From contig JACQVH010000157.1 of NCBI GenBank assembly GCA_016209895.1, positions 4,206 to 68,205 on the forward strand: DNA of 64,000 nucleotides, given 5' to 3'. This document shows positions 20,079 through 30,135 of the stretch, one piece after another; within the stretch, counting starts at the first letter, position 1; the number at the start of each line of letters is the position of its first letter. A model generated the notes under the pieces. The model was not told the DNA's origin and made no database searches. It saw nothing but the letters and a program-made list of their open reading frames with translations. This stretch comes from Candidatus Hydrogenedentota bacterium (GTDB lineage: Bacteria > Hydrogenedentota > Hydrogenedentia > Hydrogenedentales > SLHB01). The position numbers were made by a program, and so were the translations under genes.

Positions 20079-21893
20079 ATGTCGGCGAATCCCGAGTGCG
20101 GCTTTGCCGTGACGACACCGCGCGTTGGTCGCATTGTGGCGAGACTTTGCTTGTGCGCGGCGTTGTTTTCAGGATGGTGCGCGTCGGAAGACACGGTTGC
20201 CGAGGTAATGGATGCGGTAGTTACGCGGCTGTACGCGACCCAAAGCGAGGAAGACCTGTACGCGCTGGACGATGCCAAAGTGCAAAAGTTCCTGAGGCCG
20301 GCAGAACTTCAAGTGCTGGCCACCAAACACTGGTACTTCAATGCCGACGTGCCGGTCGTGGTATCGGTACTTCGAAACGTGGAACAGAAGGTGGCGCCGT
20401 TCTGGCTGGAGCAAGCCGGCTTCGCGCGAACCGACTTCGTCGTCAACAACATGGAGGGATGGTCCTACGAAGTGTGGCAGAAATCCTTTCCCCCCGGCCT
20501 TATCGGACTAGGGGTCAACGGATTTGATAATTTCCGGCCGCACTATCTGGTCTGCGTGGGACCACAGCAGCCAGGCGCCAAAGTGACGCTGTCCGGATTT
20601 CATCCTGCAAAGCAGACCGTGGAGGAGATGAAACCCGGCGCGATGACCTATTACGACTGGAGCGAACTTGTTCTAACGGACGTGCCCGAGGTCTTGCGCG
20701 GACAGCAGTTGCTACCGACGAGTCGCGGACGGGGCCGAGAGGCGAGTCTGGTGGGGGCGTTCCGGAAGACGCCTTTTCCCTCGTCGGATATGCCCGGACC
20801 GGTGTTCCTGACCTGGAGCGAGGACCCCTCCACTACCCAAAATATCCAATGGCGGACCAGTGCGGCGGTAACGGAAGGAGTCGTCCGGTTTCGCAAGAAG
20901 GGATCGGACACCGCCTATCAAGAAGTGAGCGCTCAGCCCAAGAAGATGGAAGACCGGATGCTGGCCAACGACCGGTATTGCCATTGGTTCACGGCCGTGT
21001 TGCGGCGTCTCGAGCCGGACACTACCTATGAGTACCAAGTGGGCCTCAAGTCGGGCCAACAATGGAACGAACCGGCCGAATTCAGGACCGCCCCAGCGAT
21101 TCCCAAACCCTTCAGTTTTCTCTACTGCAGCGATACGCATAGCCGAAAGGAGTGGGCCGACCTCCTGAAGTCGGTCTTCGAACTGCATCCCGAGGCGGCG
21201 TTCTGCACGGTATCGGGCGACTTGGTGGGTACCGGTCTGGAGCGGGAAAACTGGGATTTGTTCCTGACCTACGGCGAACCCATGTTCCGACAACGCCCGA
21301 TTATGCCCGCCATCGGCAACCACGACGCCCAGTACGGGCTTGGCGCCGGCATGTATCTGGACATCTTCGGCCTGCCTGAGAACGGCCCCAAAGATTTAGC
21401 GCCGGAATGTGCCTACACGTTCGCCTATAGCAACACGCAGTTTTTCATTCTCGACGTGATGAGCGACGCCCAACCGCAACAAGCATGGTTGCTGGATAAA
21501 TTGGAGAAATGCACTGCCACGTGGAAGATTGCCGTTTTCCACTTCCCGATCTACAGCGTGGAAGAAGCGTATCCTGAACTCGAGGCAATGTGGGGGAGCC
21601 TATTCGATCAGTACCATGTAGATCTTGCGCTCACGGGCCACGTGCATACGCATCTGCGCACGTACCCATTGCACGCCGGCAAGCGGGTGGAATCGGCCGC
21701 GGAAGGAACTGTCTATGTCACGTCCGTCTCCATACCAAGCCGACCGGTTCGGTTGCGCAAGCCCGATTATGCCGAGGTGTGGCTGGGCGGAGGCTCTTTC
21801 TGCAATGTAATCGCGGTGGAAGACCGAGTTCTTACCTTTCGAGCTACCACGGCCGATGGCACGGTAAAGGACGAGTTCGTATTGCGGAAATAA
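20079..21893 (+). CDS. Secreted purple-acid-phosphatase-like metallophosphoesterase with FN3-like domain
   Basis: SDTH, GDLV, GNHD, FH, GHVH motifs; LEPDTTYEYQVG; AAGGAGG SD before ATG 20079. Confidence 0.88.
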   Translation: MSANPECGFAVTTPRVGRIVARLCLCAALFSGWCASEDTVAEVMDAVVTRLYATQSEEDLYALDDAKVQKFLRPAELQVLATKHWYFNADVPVVVSVLRNVEQKVAPFWLEQAGFARTDFVVNNMEGWSYEVWQKSFPPGLIGLGVNGFDNFRPHYLVCVGPQQPGAKVTLSGFHPAKQTVEEMKPGAMTYYDWSELVLTDVPEVLRGQQLLPTSRGRGREASLVGAFRKTPFPSSDMPGPVFLTWSEDPSTTQNIQWRTSAAVTEGVVRFRKKGSDTAYQEVSAQPKKMEDRMLANDRYCHWFTAVLRRLEPDTTYEYQVGLKSGQQWNEPAEFRTAPAIPKPFSFLYCSDTHSRKEWADLLKSVFELHPEAAFCTVSGDLVGTGLERENWDLFLTYGEPMFRQRPIMPAIGNHDAQYGLGAGMYLDIFGLPENGPKDLAPECAYTFAYSNTQFFILDVMSDAQPQQAWLLDKLEKCTATWKIAVFHFPIYSVEEAYPELEAMWGSLFDQYHVDLALTGHVHTHLRTYPLHAGKRVESAAEGTVYVTSVSIPSRPVRLRKPDYAEVWLGGGSFCNVIAVEDRVLTFRATTADGTVKDEFVLRK

Positions 21894-21975
21894 GCTCCGT
21901 GCGCCGCCCGGTTAAGGAACAGAATCGTATCCCTCCCGCGTTACGTTATCCAGCCGATGGGGCGGCCGGAAGGAG

Positions 21976-22881
21976 TTGGAAGTGCCTGCGGAATGCGTCG
22001 CATACAAAACCGTCCACCGGGCGGCGGGTTCACTGTTCCCAGTCTTGACCACGGAAGCGCAACGACTTTTGTTCTCGCTGACCGAAGCGCAGGTGGCCGA
22101 ATACCGTGCCCGGGGCTTTATCAAGGGTCCGCGGGTCCTGGATGACCACCAAATTGCCGTGCTGGCGGAGGCCTTGGAACGTGTTCGGACGGGTGACCAT
22201 CCGCGGCTGAACGAGCTGTATGAGATTGATGAAGCGTATACCCGTGCGCCAGGAGAGAACGTATTCCACTTCCTGGGAGCATGGATGATTGAGGAGGCGT
22301 TTCACGATGTCCTGTTTCATCCGGCGGTCGCGGTGCCGGTCAGTCAACTCTTGGGCTGTTCGAAAGTGCGTTTTTGGCACGACCAAGTATTCTACAAACC
22401 GGCGCGTCATCCGGGCGTGGTAGCTTGGCATCAGGATTACGCATATTGGACGCGGAGCGTGCCAGCCCGCCATCTCACGGTATGGATCGGACTCGACGAC
22501 TCGACCAGAGAAAACGGTTGCGTTCACTTCGTACCGGGCAGCCATCGCTGGAACCTCTTGCCCAAGGGAGCGCTTCTCGAAGACATGGAGGCGATCAAGC
22601 AGCGGCTGACCCGGGAGCAGGTGGCGTACTTCATGCCGGAACCCATGATATTGCGGGCCGGCGAATGCTCCTTTCACCATTGCATGACGCTGCACGGGTC
22701 GTACGGAAATACTTCGGACCGGCCACGCCGCGCCGTGGTCATCAACTACATGCACCCGGATTCGCGCAGCGCCGACGGCACCAATCCGTTGCTGCTGCAC
22801 ACGCCTATTATCCCCGAAGGCGAGATCATTCAGGGGGAGAATTATCCCATCGTATACGACAGTTCTCTGAGATTGGCTTAA
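21976..22881 (+). CDS. PhyH family dioxygenase
   Basis: DQVFYKP, WHQD, ENGCVHFVPGSH, HCMTLHGS, RRA. Start is uncertain. Confidence 0.88.
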   Translation: MEVPAECVAYKTVHRAAGSLFPVLTTEAQRLLFSLTEAQVAEYRARGFIKGPRVLDDHQIAVLAEALERVRTGDHPRLNELYEIDEAYTRAPGENVFHFLGAWMIEEAFHDVLFHPAVAVPVSQLLGCSKVRFWHDQVFYKPARHPGVVAWHQDYAYWTRSVPARHLTVWIGLDDSTRENGCVHFVPGSHRWNLLPKGALLEDMEAIKQRLTREQVAYFMPEPMILRAGECSFHHCMTLHGSYGNTSDRPRRAVVINYMHPDSRSADGTNPLLLHTPIIPEGEIIQGENYPIVYDSSLRLA

Positions 22882-22911
22882 GGTCCGCAGGAACGACACG
22901 ATCCGACCACG

Positions 22912-23826
22912 ATGAATGGAGCGAATACACACGATGAGATTGTGAGCTGCGCGTCGGTGATTACGGACGAGCAGGCCAAGTTTTTCTTGAATAACGGCTT
23001 CCTCATTCTCCGCAATATCATACGGGGAGAAGAACTCCGCCGACTCCGAGCTGCGATGGACGATTTGACGGCTTCCGGGAGTGAGACGGTGCGGGAGCAT
23101 CCGGACTTCGCGTACGGCTCCGGGCATAGGACCGGTCGCTCGGTCCTGCGGCGAATCGAGTATGTAATAGACAAGGCGGATGAGTGCAAGGCGCTGCTCG
23201 GTCACCCTTTCATCCTTCGCTCGGTCGAAAAGCTTATGGGGCCGGATTACATCCCCACTTGGGACTCGATGGTCCTGAAGCTGCCGCGCGAAGGGATTGA
23301 AGTGCCGTGGCACCGGGACGCCGGCACGGAGTGCGTCGGCGATACGCCGATCTTCAATGTGGATTACTACCTCGACGCGGCCGATGAAGACACTTGTGTG
23401 TGGGTCATTCCGGGAAGCCATCGGTGGTCCCGGGCGGAGGTGGATGCCATTGTTCAGCAAAGGGACTTCCACCAGGAAACCGCCGTACCGGCATTGATGA
23501 GACCGGGCGACGTGATGTTTCACAATATCCTGGTGCTGCACGGCTCGCCGCGGAACGGTTCCGATAAATTGAGACGCGTAATTTACTACGAATTCCGCGC
23601 GGCACATGTCGAGGCCGCCTTGGGACCGCACATACCGGAGTACATCCCGTTGAAACAGCGTGTATTGTTGGATTGTATTGAGAGACGAAAGACCACCGAG
23701 TACATTGCCCGGACCGAAGAGCCTTACGAGTATCAACCGCCCGCTCCGTGGAATACGGTTGTACGTGAGGCCGCGTCGAAACCAAAAACGCATCGGTATC
23801 CGCACGGCGCATACTGGAGACGATGA
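22912..23826 (+). CDS. PhyH family dioxygenase
   Basis: WHRD, IPGSH, PGDVMFHNILVLHGS, RRVIY. Confidence 0.88.
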   Translation: MNGANTHDEIVSCASVITDEQAKFFLNNGFLILRNIIRGEELRRLRAAMDDLTASGSETVREHPDFAYGSGHRTGRSVLRRIEYVIDKADECKALLGHPFILRSVEKLMGPDYIPTWDSMVLKLPREGIEVPWHRDAGTECVGDTPIFNVDYYLDAADEDTCVWVIPGSHRWSRAEVDAIVQQRDFHQETAVPALMRPGDVMFHNILVLHGSPRNGSDKLRRVIYYEFRAAHVEAALGPHIPEYIPLKQRVLLDCIERRKTTEYIARTEEPYEYQPPAPWNTVVREAASKPKTHRYPHGAYWRR

Positions 23827-24575
23827 AGGATTGGGATATGTCACTTGCCTACAATCAGATTGAACAGTTTAAGCTTGACGGTTACGTCTACGTGGGTCCA
23901 ATCGTAACCTCCGACGAACTGGTAGCGTTGCGCACCGCATATGACCGTATTTTCGCCGCTAAAGAACGTCCAGCATCATTTCGCGAGCTGGGTTTGAAGG
24001 AAGGGGAAACTACGGCGAAGCTATCCGTAATGCAAGTCATTGACATGTGGAGACTCGACGATACCTTCCGGGCCGTCTTTTCCAAATCCGAAGTCCTGGA
24101 TATGGTCGAAATATTGATGGGCACTACCAACATCCGGCTATACCATGACCAGGCGCTTTATAAACCGGCATTCCACGGCGATGAGGTCCCATGGCACCAG
24201 GACAACAGCTATTGGAAGTTCGACCCGGCGAACGCTGTCAGTTGCTGGATGGCCCTGGACGACGTGGACGAAGAAAACGGTTGTATGCGGATAATTCCCG
24301 GCAGCCACCGAAACGGTGGAATCGGCCACCAGACTGCAGGGCGCTCGCTGGCGTTGCTCGCGACCGAAGTGGACGAGAGCCAGGCGGTTCCCCTGCCCAT
24401 GCCCGCCGGTTGCGCCATGTTCCACCACTGCCTGACCCTGCACAACACCAAGCCCAATCGCACCCCCCGCCAACGCCGCGCCTGGGCCATCCACTATATC
24501 CCCGCCGACGCCAAACAAAACGGTAAACCCCTGCCGGAGCGGCTGCTGGTACGCGGAGAGGCACTCGTTACTTAG
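23823..24575 (+). CDS. PhyH family dioxygenase
   Basis: DQALYKP, WHQD, ENGCMRIIPGSH, HCLTLHNT, RRA; ATGA overlap with the previous gene. Confidence 0.9.
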   Translation: MKDWDMSLAYNQIEQFKLDGYVYVGPIVTSDELVALRTAYDRIFAAKERPASFRELGLKEGETTAKLSVMQVIDMWRLDDTFRAVFSKSEVLDMVEILMGTTNIRLYHDQALYKPAFHGDEVPWHQDNSYWKFDPANAVSCWMALDDVDEENGCMRIIPGSHRNGGIGHQTAGRSLALLATEVDESQAVPLPMPAGCAMFHHCLTLHNTKPNRTPRQRRAWAIHYIPADAKQNGKPLPERLLVRGEALVT

Positions 24576-24770
24576 AGTCCGACGCGTTGCGTAAGAACGG
24601 TCGTGCGACTGAGTCAACCTATACATTCTTTTTACATTCTTCTCAACTCTGTCTGACCACCTTGGCATCTTCTCCTGATAGGCTGCGGTTGTGAGCTTGA
24701 ACGCAACCAACCATGCCGCATAATGGTATCCTGCAACGGGCGAGATATCGCGGCGGAACAGGAGGACATC

Positions 24771-26108
24771 ATGAACTCGAAAACACGTGCCATCGCAATT
24801 CGCTGTCTGGTCGCGCTTATTACCGCCGTGGGGATGCTCGCTACGAAGGCCATGGCCGAGCAAGTTCAACTGGACGTCGCACTGGGAACGCCCACCATGC
24901 TCGCCGGACAAAAGCAGACGACTTACCTGCGCGTGGCCATGACGGGAATGGATGTCAAGGACATGGGGAGGCGCGCGCCGGTCAACGTGGCATTCGTGAT
25001 TGACAAGTCCGGGTCCATGTCCGGGGAGAAGATTCAGAAGGCCAAAGAAGCGATGCGGATGGCCATCGAGAAACTCCGCGACGACGACATTGTGTCCGTT
25101 GTGGCCTATGACTCGTTCGTGCAAGTATTGGTGCCGGCGACGCGTCTCACGGACCGGAATGCCGTGTATGCAGCGTTCGAAGGTTTGACCGCCAACAACT
25201 CGACGGCCCTCTTCGCAGGAGTCAGCAAGGGGGCAGCGGAACTGCGCAAGTTCTTCGACCGCGAACGCGTCAATCGCATCATCCTGCTGTCGGATGGTCT
25301 GGCTAACGTCGGGCCGAGCTCGCCGGCCGAACTTGGCGAATTGGGCACGTCGCTGGGACGCGAGGGCATCTCGGTCACGACGATAGGTCTCGGACTAGAC
25401 TATAACGAAGACCTCATGACGAAGCTCGCGCTGCGGAGCGACGGCAATCACATGTTCGCAGAAAGGGCGGAAGACTTGGCCCAGGCGTTCGCGCGCGAGT
25501 TTGGCGACGTGCTGACGGTAGCGGCACAAAACGTAACCCTCCAGATCAATTGCAGCGGGGGCGTGCGTCCGGTGCGAGTGTTGGGCCGGGAGGCCGATAT
25601 TGTGGGACAGACCGTGCGAACCGCGCTCAACCAGCTCTACGGTCAACAGACGAAGTATCTCATCCTGGAAGTCGAGGTCCCCGCCGGAACGTTGGGCTCC
25701 GAAATGACGGTGGCCAGCGTAGACGTCTCTTACCAGAATATGGCGGCCGGCGCGCCCGAAACCTTACAGCGTACGGTTGCCGCCTCATTCACGGATTCGC
25801 CCGCAATCGTCGAAGCGAATACAAAGAAAGACGTGATGGCCGCAGCCGCCTATCAGGTCGGCGTCGAACGCAACATTCTGGCCACGCGCCTGCGCGACGA
25901 GGGCAAAATCGAGGAGGCCCGGCAAGTGCTCATTTCCAACACGAGATTTCTCGACGAGAACGCAAAGAAATTCGACGACACCGCCCTTCAGAGTTACGGT
26001 TACAGCAATAGAGCCGCCGCCGAGAATCTGGATGACACCAAGTGGGTAAAACAGCGTAAGCTGATGCGCATGGAACAACACGAGATTATTACGCAACAAA
26101 GCAAATAG
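24771..26108 (+). CDS. Secreted von Willebrand factor A domain protein (YfbK-like)
   Basis: Signal peptide, DKSGSM MIDAS, LLSDGLANVG; AGGAGG SD before ATG 24771. Confidence 0.9.
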   Translation: MNSKTRAIAIRCLVALITAVGMLATKAMAEQVQLDVALGTPTMLAGQKQTTYLRVAMTGMDVKDMGRRAPVNVAFVIDKSGSMSGEKIQKAKEAMRMAIEKLRDDDIVSVVAYDSFVQVLVPATRLTDRNAVYAAFEGLTANNSTALFAGVSKGAAELRKFFDRERVNRIILLSDGLANVGPSSPAELGELGTSLGREGISVTTIGLGLDYNEDLMTKLALRSDGNHMFAERAEDLAQAFAREFGDVLTVAAQNVTLQINCSGGVRPVRVLGREADIVGQTVRTALNQLYGQQTKYLILEVEVPAGTLGSEMTVASVDVSYQNMAAGAPETLQRTVAASFTDSPAIVEANTKKDVMAAAAYQVGVERNILATRLRDEGKIEEARQVLISNTRFLDENAKKFDDTALQSYGYSNRAAAENLDDTKWVKQRKLMRMEQHEIITQQSK

Positions 26109-26161
26109 CGAGCGGCATAAAGGAAGAATTCAAGGCAGAACAAAAGAGAAAGGGGAGACTT

Positions 26162-26911
26162 ATGCGCACGAAAACTTCAATGCTTCTGATAGTCGCTCTG
26201 AGCGTCGCGACGGTGTGTTGGGCGGCGACGCCGGAGAATGATATCCCTCAGATATCAGTCTCGGGGACAGCCGTAACCCAGACGGTTCCAGACGTCATCC
26301 AGTGGTCAATCACGATCACGGACGAAAACAAGGACCTGCAAGAGGCAAAGAGAAATTCCGATGCGAAGATGGCGGCGATTCTGACGCTGGCCCGGGAATT
26401 GGGCGTGCGCCCGGAAGACCTTCAGACCGGCTATCTGAACGCGAACCGTGAGTATAATCAGGATGAACGCGGCCGTCGCCTGGATTTCAAGGGCTTTAGC
26501 GTGCGTCGGGGTGTGACCTTAAAACAGCGAGACTTGAAGCGATTTGATGAGTACCTGACGAAACTGGTGTCCAGCGCGGAAATGGAAGTCAGTTTCAGTT
26601 TTGATTCCAGCCGAATGACCGACCTTCGGTGGGAAACGCGCCTCAAGGCCCTGAAGGCTGCGAAGGAAAAGGCCGAGGCCATGGCGAAAGTGGTAGATGC
26701 GACGGCGGGGAAGGTCATACGGATAGAAGAGCCACTGCCGCCGGAAGGACGCTACGGTGGTGGAGCATACGGATCTTTCGCCAATACTAGTTTTGCAGAC
26801 CCACAGGCGGCGCGACCCGCCGATGTCGCCCAAGGCACCTTTGCGCCGGGGGCGATTGAAGTCAAAGTAACGGTGAACGCCATTTTTGAATTAGAATCGC
26901 GTCGGGATTAG
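26162..26911 (+). CDS. SIMPL (DUF541) domain periplasmic protein
   Basis: Signal peptide, ISVSGTA..PD, ALKAAKEKAEAMA, IEVKVTVNAIFEL. Confidence 0.88.
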   Translation: MRTKTSMLLIVALSVATVCWAATPENDIPQISVSGTAVTQTVPDVIQWSITITDENKDLQEAKRNSDAKMAAILTLARELGVRPEDLQTGYLNANREYNQDERGRRLDFKGFSVRRGVTLKQRDLKRFDEYLTKLVSSAEMEVSFSFDSSRMTDLRWETRLKALKAAKEKAEAMAKVVDATAGKVIRIEEPLPPEGRYGGGAYGSFANTSFADPQAARPADVAQGTFAPGAIEVKVTVNAIFELESRRD

Positions 26912-26948
26912 CGGGTTGCCATCAAGAAGAATCCCGGTATGTGATTGA

Positions 26949-28556
26949 ATGAAGCCAGACCTTAGACTGCTCTTTGTCTGTTTGCTGCTCGTGGTTTTGC
27001 CGCTGGTTGTCGTCGGCTTCTTAGGAGTTGCGCTGGCGCGCAACGAGCGGGAGATGACGGGCGTGCGGTTCCGCGAAGTGCTGGTATCCCAACTCAGGGA
27101 TGTTTCCGAAAGGATTACCGGTCTGCTTGAAGAGCGTGAACGAGCGCTCATGGCGCAGCCCAACTTGTCGGGATCATCGCCCGAACAACTACGGAGCTTG
27201 GCCCGTAACTCCGGCCTCGTGCGACAGTATTTCGTGCTCGACCGCGAAGGGAATCTGGTGTATCCCGATCCGGCAGGCGAATTGACCGGCGCGGAAGAAG
27301 ACTTTCTGGTCCAGACTCGTTCGATATGGGTGAACGGTGAAATCCCGGCACCTGAGGCGGATGTATCGGCCGCACCACGGCAGACCAAACTGCAGGGAAA
27401 GGGTCCATCTGCGGCGAAAGGCTGGCACGCTGCATACTGGGGCCGAGGTCTCAGTTTGATTTTCTGGTGGCGGGACGAATCCAGCCATGTGGCTGGCGCG
27501 GAACTGAATGAAGCGCGGCTAATGGCCGACATCATCGCGATATTGCCGGAGGCGTGGCCGGAGATATCCTCGGAAGCGTCGCGGCTGCCGAACGGGCGCA
27601 TCGCACTGACCGATGCCAAGGGTTCGGTCATTTATCAGTGGGGCGGCTATCTGCCCGCGCAGAATGAACGTCCGCAGGCGCAATTGTCGCTGTTGCCGCC
27701 GTTGAACGCGTGGACGCTAAGCTACTACACGACGCCCGAAGGAACCGGCTCGGCCGTACTGTTCAACATCCTCGCGGGAACCGCGGCTTTGGCCATCGCG
27801 CTTGCCGGAATGGCTTTTTACCTGTATCGCGAGAATACTCGAGCCATGCGTGAGGCGATGCAACGGGTTACGTTCGTGAATCAGGTATCGCACGAACTGA
27901 AGACTCCGCTAACCAATATTCGGATGTACGCGGAACTGCTGGAAGGGGAGCTTGCGGAAACCACCGATGGGCTGCGCGGCCGACTCGACGTGATCGTTTC
28001 CGAAAGCCAGCGACTAAGTCGCCTGATTAACAACGTGTTGACCTTTGGCCGGACTCGGCGGAACCTGCTGACCCTGCACAAAACGGCCGGCAACGTGGAC
28101 GAGGTGCTGCGCACGGTACTGACGCATTTCGAAGGCGCGCTGCGCGCGCACGGGATGGAAATGGTTTTCGAGGGCAACGCCGCACATGAGGCCGAGTTCG
28201 ATGCCGACGCCGTACAACAGATTCTCGGCAATCTTCTAAGTAACGTGGAGAAATATGCCGTTAACAGCGACCGCGTGACGATCAGTAGCCAGCAGGAGGG
28301 CGATCACGTGACCATTACCGTCACCGATAACGGCCCGGGCATTCCGCCACGTTTCCGCGACCGGATTTTCGAGCCGTTCTACCGCGTCAGCGACAAGCTG
28401 ACGGATGGCGTCGCGGGGGCCGGCATCGGACTGACCATCGCGCGAGACCTAGCGCGCCTGCACGGCGGCGACGTAACCCTCGAACCCTCGGCGCAGGGGT
28501 CGTGTTTCAAGGTAGTGTTGCACGCGCCGACGCGCCACTCGGGAGAAGCGACATGA
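26949..28556 (+). CDS. Membrane sensor histidine kinase
   Basis: Two TM segments, VSHELKTPL, NLLSNVEKY, DNGPGI, GAGIGL. Confidence 0.93.
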   Translation: MKPDLRLLFVCLLLVVLPLVVVGFLGVALARNEREMTGVRFREVLVSQLRDVSERITGLLEERERALMAQPNLSGSSPEQLRSLARNSGLVRQYFVLDREGNLVYPDPAGELTGAEEDFLVQTRSIWVNGEIPAPEADVSAAPRQTKLQGKGPSAAKGWHAAYWGRGLSLIFWWRDESSHVAGAELNEARLMADIIAILPEAWPEISSEASRLPNGRIALTDAKGSVIYQWGGYLPAQNERPQAQLSLLPPLNAWTLSYYTTPEGTGSAVLFNILAGTAALAIALAGMAFYLYRENTRAMREAMQRVTFVNQVSHELKTPLTNIRMYAELLEGELAETTDGLRGRLDVIVSESQRLSRLINNVLTFGRTRRNLLTLHKTAGNVDEVLRTVLTHFEGALRAHGMEMVFEGNAAHEAEFDADAVQQILGNLLSNVEKYAVNSDRVTISSQQEGDHVTITVTDNGPGIPPRFRDRIFEPFYRVSDKLTDGVAGAGIGLTIARDLARLHGGDVTLEPSAQGSCFKVVLHAPTRHSGEAT

Positions 28557-29239
28557 AGATTTTGGTGGTCGAGGACGACGCCCATACTCGCGCGGGACTC
28601 GTGGCCGTGCTCCAACGCGAAGGCTACGACACGGTGAGCGCGGCGAACGGGAGGGAGGCCCTCGAGGTCTTCGAGCGCGAGAAACCCGATTTTGTCTGTC
28701 TGGACATCATGATGCCCGGAGCGGACGGCTACGAAGTCTGCCGGCAAATCCGCCGTCGAAAATCCGAGGTCCCAATGGTCTTTATCAGCGCCAAGTCCGA
28801 AGAGATTGACAAGGTGGTGGGACTGGAACTTGGTGCCGATGATTTCATCACCAAACCCTTCGGCGTACGCGAAGTGGTTGCGCGAATTCGCGCCGTCACG
28901 CGGCGCTACCTAGCCGCCCGCGATCCGGGCAATGCGCCGCGTTCATTCCAGCTCGATGATTTGGAAGTGTTCCCCGCTGAACTGCGGGCACGACGCGGCG
29001 AATCCGCGCTCGACCTCAGCCTGCGCGATGTCAAGATATTGGAGTTGCTGCACCGCAAAGCCGGCGAGGTCGTGGACCGCAACACCTTCTTCGACGAGTG
29101 CTGGGGCCTCGACTTCGTCCCCAACAGCCGCACCCTCGATCAACACATCTCCCAACTGCGCAAACGCATTGAACGCGACCCCCAACACCCCACCATCATC
29201 CGCACCGTCCACGGCGTCGGCTACCGCTACGAAGGCTGA
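28553..29239 (+). CDS. OmpR/PhoB-family response regulator
   Basis: MKILVVEDD, DIMMP, GADDFITKPF, IRTVHGVGYRY; ATGA overlap with the kinase stop. Confidence 0.95.
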   Translation: MKILVVEDDAHTRAGLVAVLQREGYDTVSAANGREALEVFEREKPDFVCLDIMMPGADGYEVCRQIRRRKSEVPMVFISAKSEEIDKVVGLELGADDFITKPFGVREVVARIRAVTRRYLAARDPGNAPRSFQLDDLEVFPAELRARRGESALDLSLRDVKILELLHRKAGEVVDRNTFFDECWGLDFVPNSRTLDQHISQLRKRIERDPQHPTIIRTVHGVGYRYEG

Positions 29240-29341
29240 GGAAGTGATGCTTCCCGTTCGTATCGGCATCAAGCGGATGAACGCCAAACGTAGCAATCTC
29301 GTGGTGGAAAAAGTCCTTCCGTTTCTTTCGCGTCACCGTGT

Positions 29342-29749
29342 TCACCGCAGCCACATTATCTTTATCTCGCCTTCGAGTGCCTTGAATTCGCGGTCGCCGG
29401 TAACCAATTCCGCCTTGCGGAGTTTGGCCAGTGCGGCGGCAAAGGCGTCGGCGTAGGACACTTTCTTGGATGCCTTGTAGGTCGCCGCTTGGCGCACAAG
29501 GTTTAGGTCCAGGTCTACGGGGACCAACTCGATCGGCATACCGGCAATTTCTTGGACGGTTTCTTCCGCTAATTCCTGCGAAGCGCCACGCATTACTGAG
29601 TAGTAAATCTCGCCCCAATTCACGACCGTCATAAGCAGCTTCGGGTTACCGGACTCGGCACTCAACAATAGTTTCTCCACAACTTCGGCTCCGGCTTCGT
29701 CATTGAAAAAGGCCATCAGCGCATGACTATCCAGGACTTTGGTGGCCAC
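29342..29749 (-). CDS. vapC: VapC-family PIN-domain toxin
   Basis: VLDSHAL, WGEI, SYADAFAA, LVTGDREF acidic tetrad. Confidence 0.9.
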   Translation of the reverse strand: MATKVLDSHALMAFFNDEAGAEVVEKLLLSAESGNPKLLMTVVNWGEIYYSVMRGASQELAEETVQEIAGMPIELVPVDLDLNLVRQAATYKASKKVSYADAFAAALAKLRKAELVTGDREFKALEGEIKIMWLR

Positions 29750-29750
29750 G

Positions 29751-29996
29751 TTACAGGTTCCGCTCTCGTTTGCGCTCGGCTTTGAACACGTCCATCGCCT
29801 TGGTGCCTTTCAACGAACCCCGCAGTCGTCTGTAGAGTTGGGCGGTAATAGGCTTAAGGACGATATGGTCCTCCTTCTCGTAGACTAACGCACGAGTTCC
29901 GTTCGCGATCTCGAATTGTTTGCGCAGCCACCGCGGAATCACCACCTGACCCTTAACCGAGAAAGAAATCGTGTCAATCTTCCGAGTGTCTTTCAT
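29751..29996 (-). CDS. AbrB/MazE/SpoVT-family antitoxin
   Basis: KGQVVIPRWLRKQFEI..G motif; 1 nt upstream of the PIN gene. Confidence 0.9.
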   Translation of the reverse strand: MKDTRKIDTISFSVKGQVVIPRWLRKQFEIANGTRALVYEKEDHIVLKPITAQLYRRLRGSLKGTKAMDVFKAERKRERNL

Positions 29997-30004
29997 AGGA
30001 AATA

Positions 30005-30033
30005 ATCATACCAGATTGTAGCCAGTAAGTCAA
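30005..30033 (-). promoter_or_regulatory. Sigma70-type promoter of the AbrB-VapC operon
   Basis: Minus strand TTGACT-N17-TATGAT with TGn extension; the -10 box ends 8 nt before the ATG. Confidence 0.7.
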
Positions 30034-30135
30034 GAGATCGATAGTAAGACCGAGTTCCTGGTGCTTTACATCAACTAATCGCGGTGATTGAGCTTCGGCG
30101 CAACCGCAGGCTACCTTCAACCTAGTAGTTGGGAC

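Noticed and set aside
22030-23844. 604-aa minus-strand ORF
   Set aside because: Antisense shadow of two same-frame PhyH genes; no motifs, and expected in GC-rich coding DNA.
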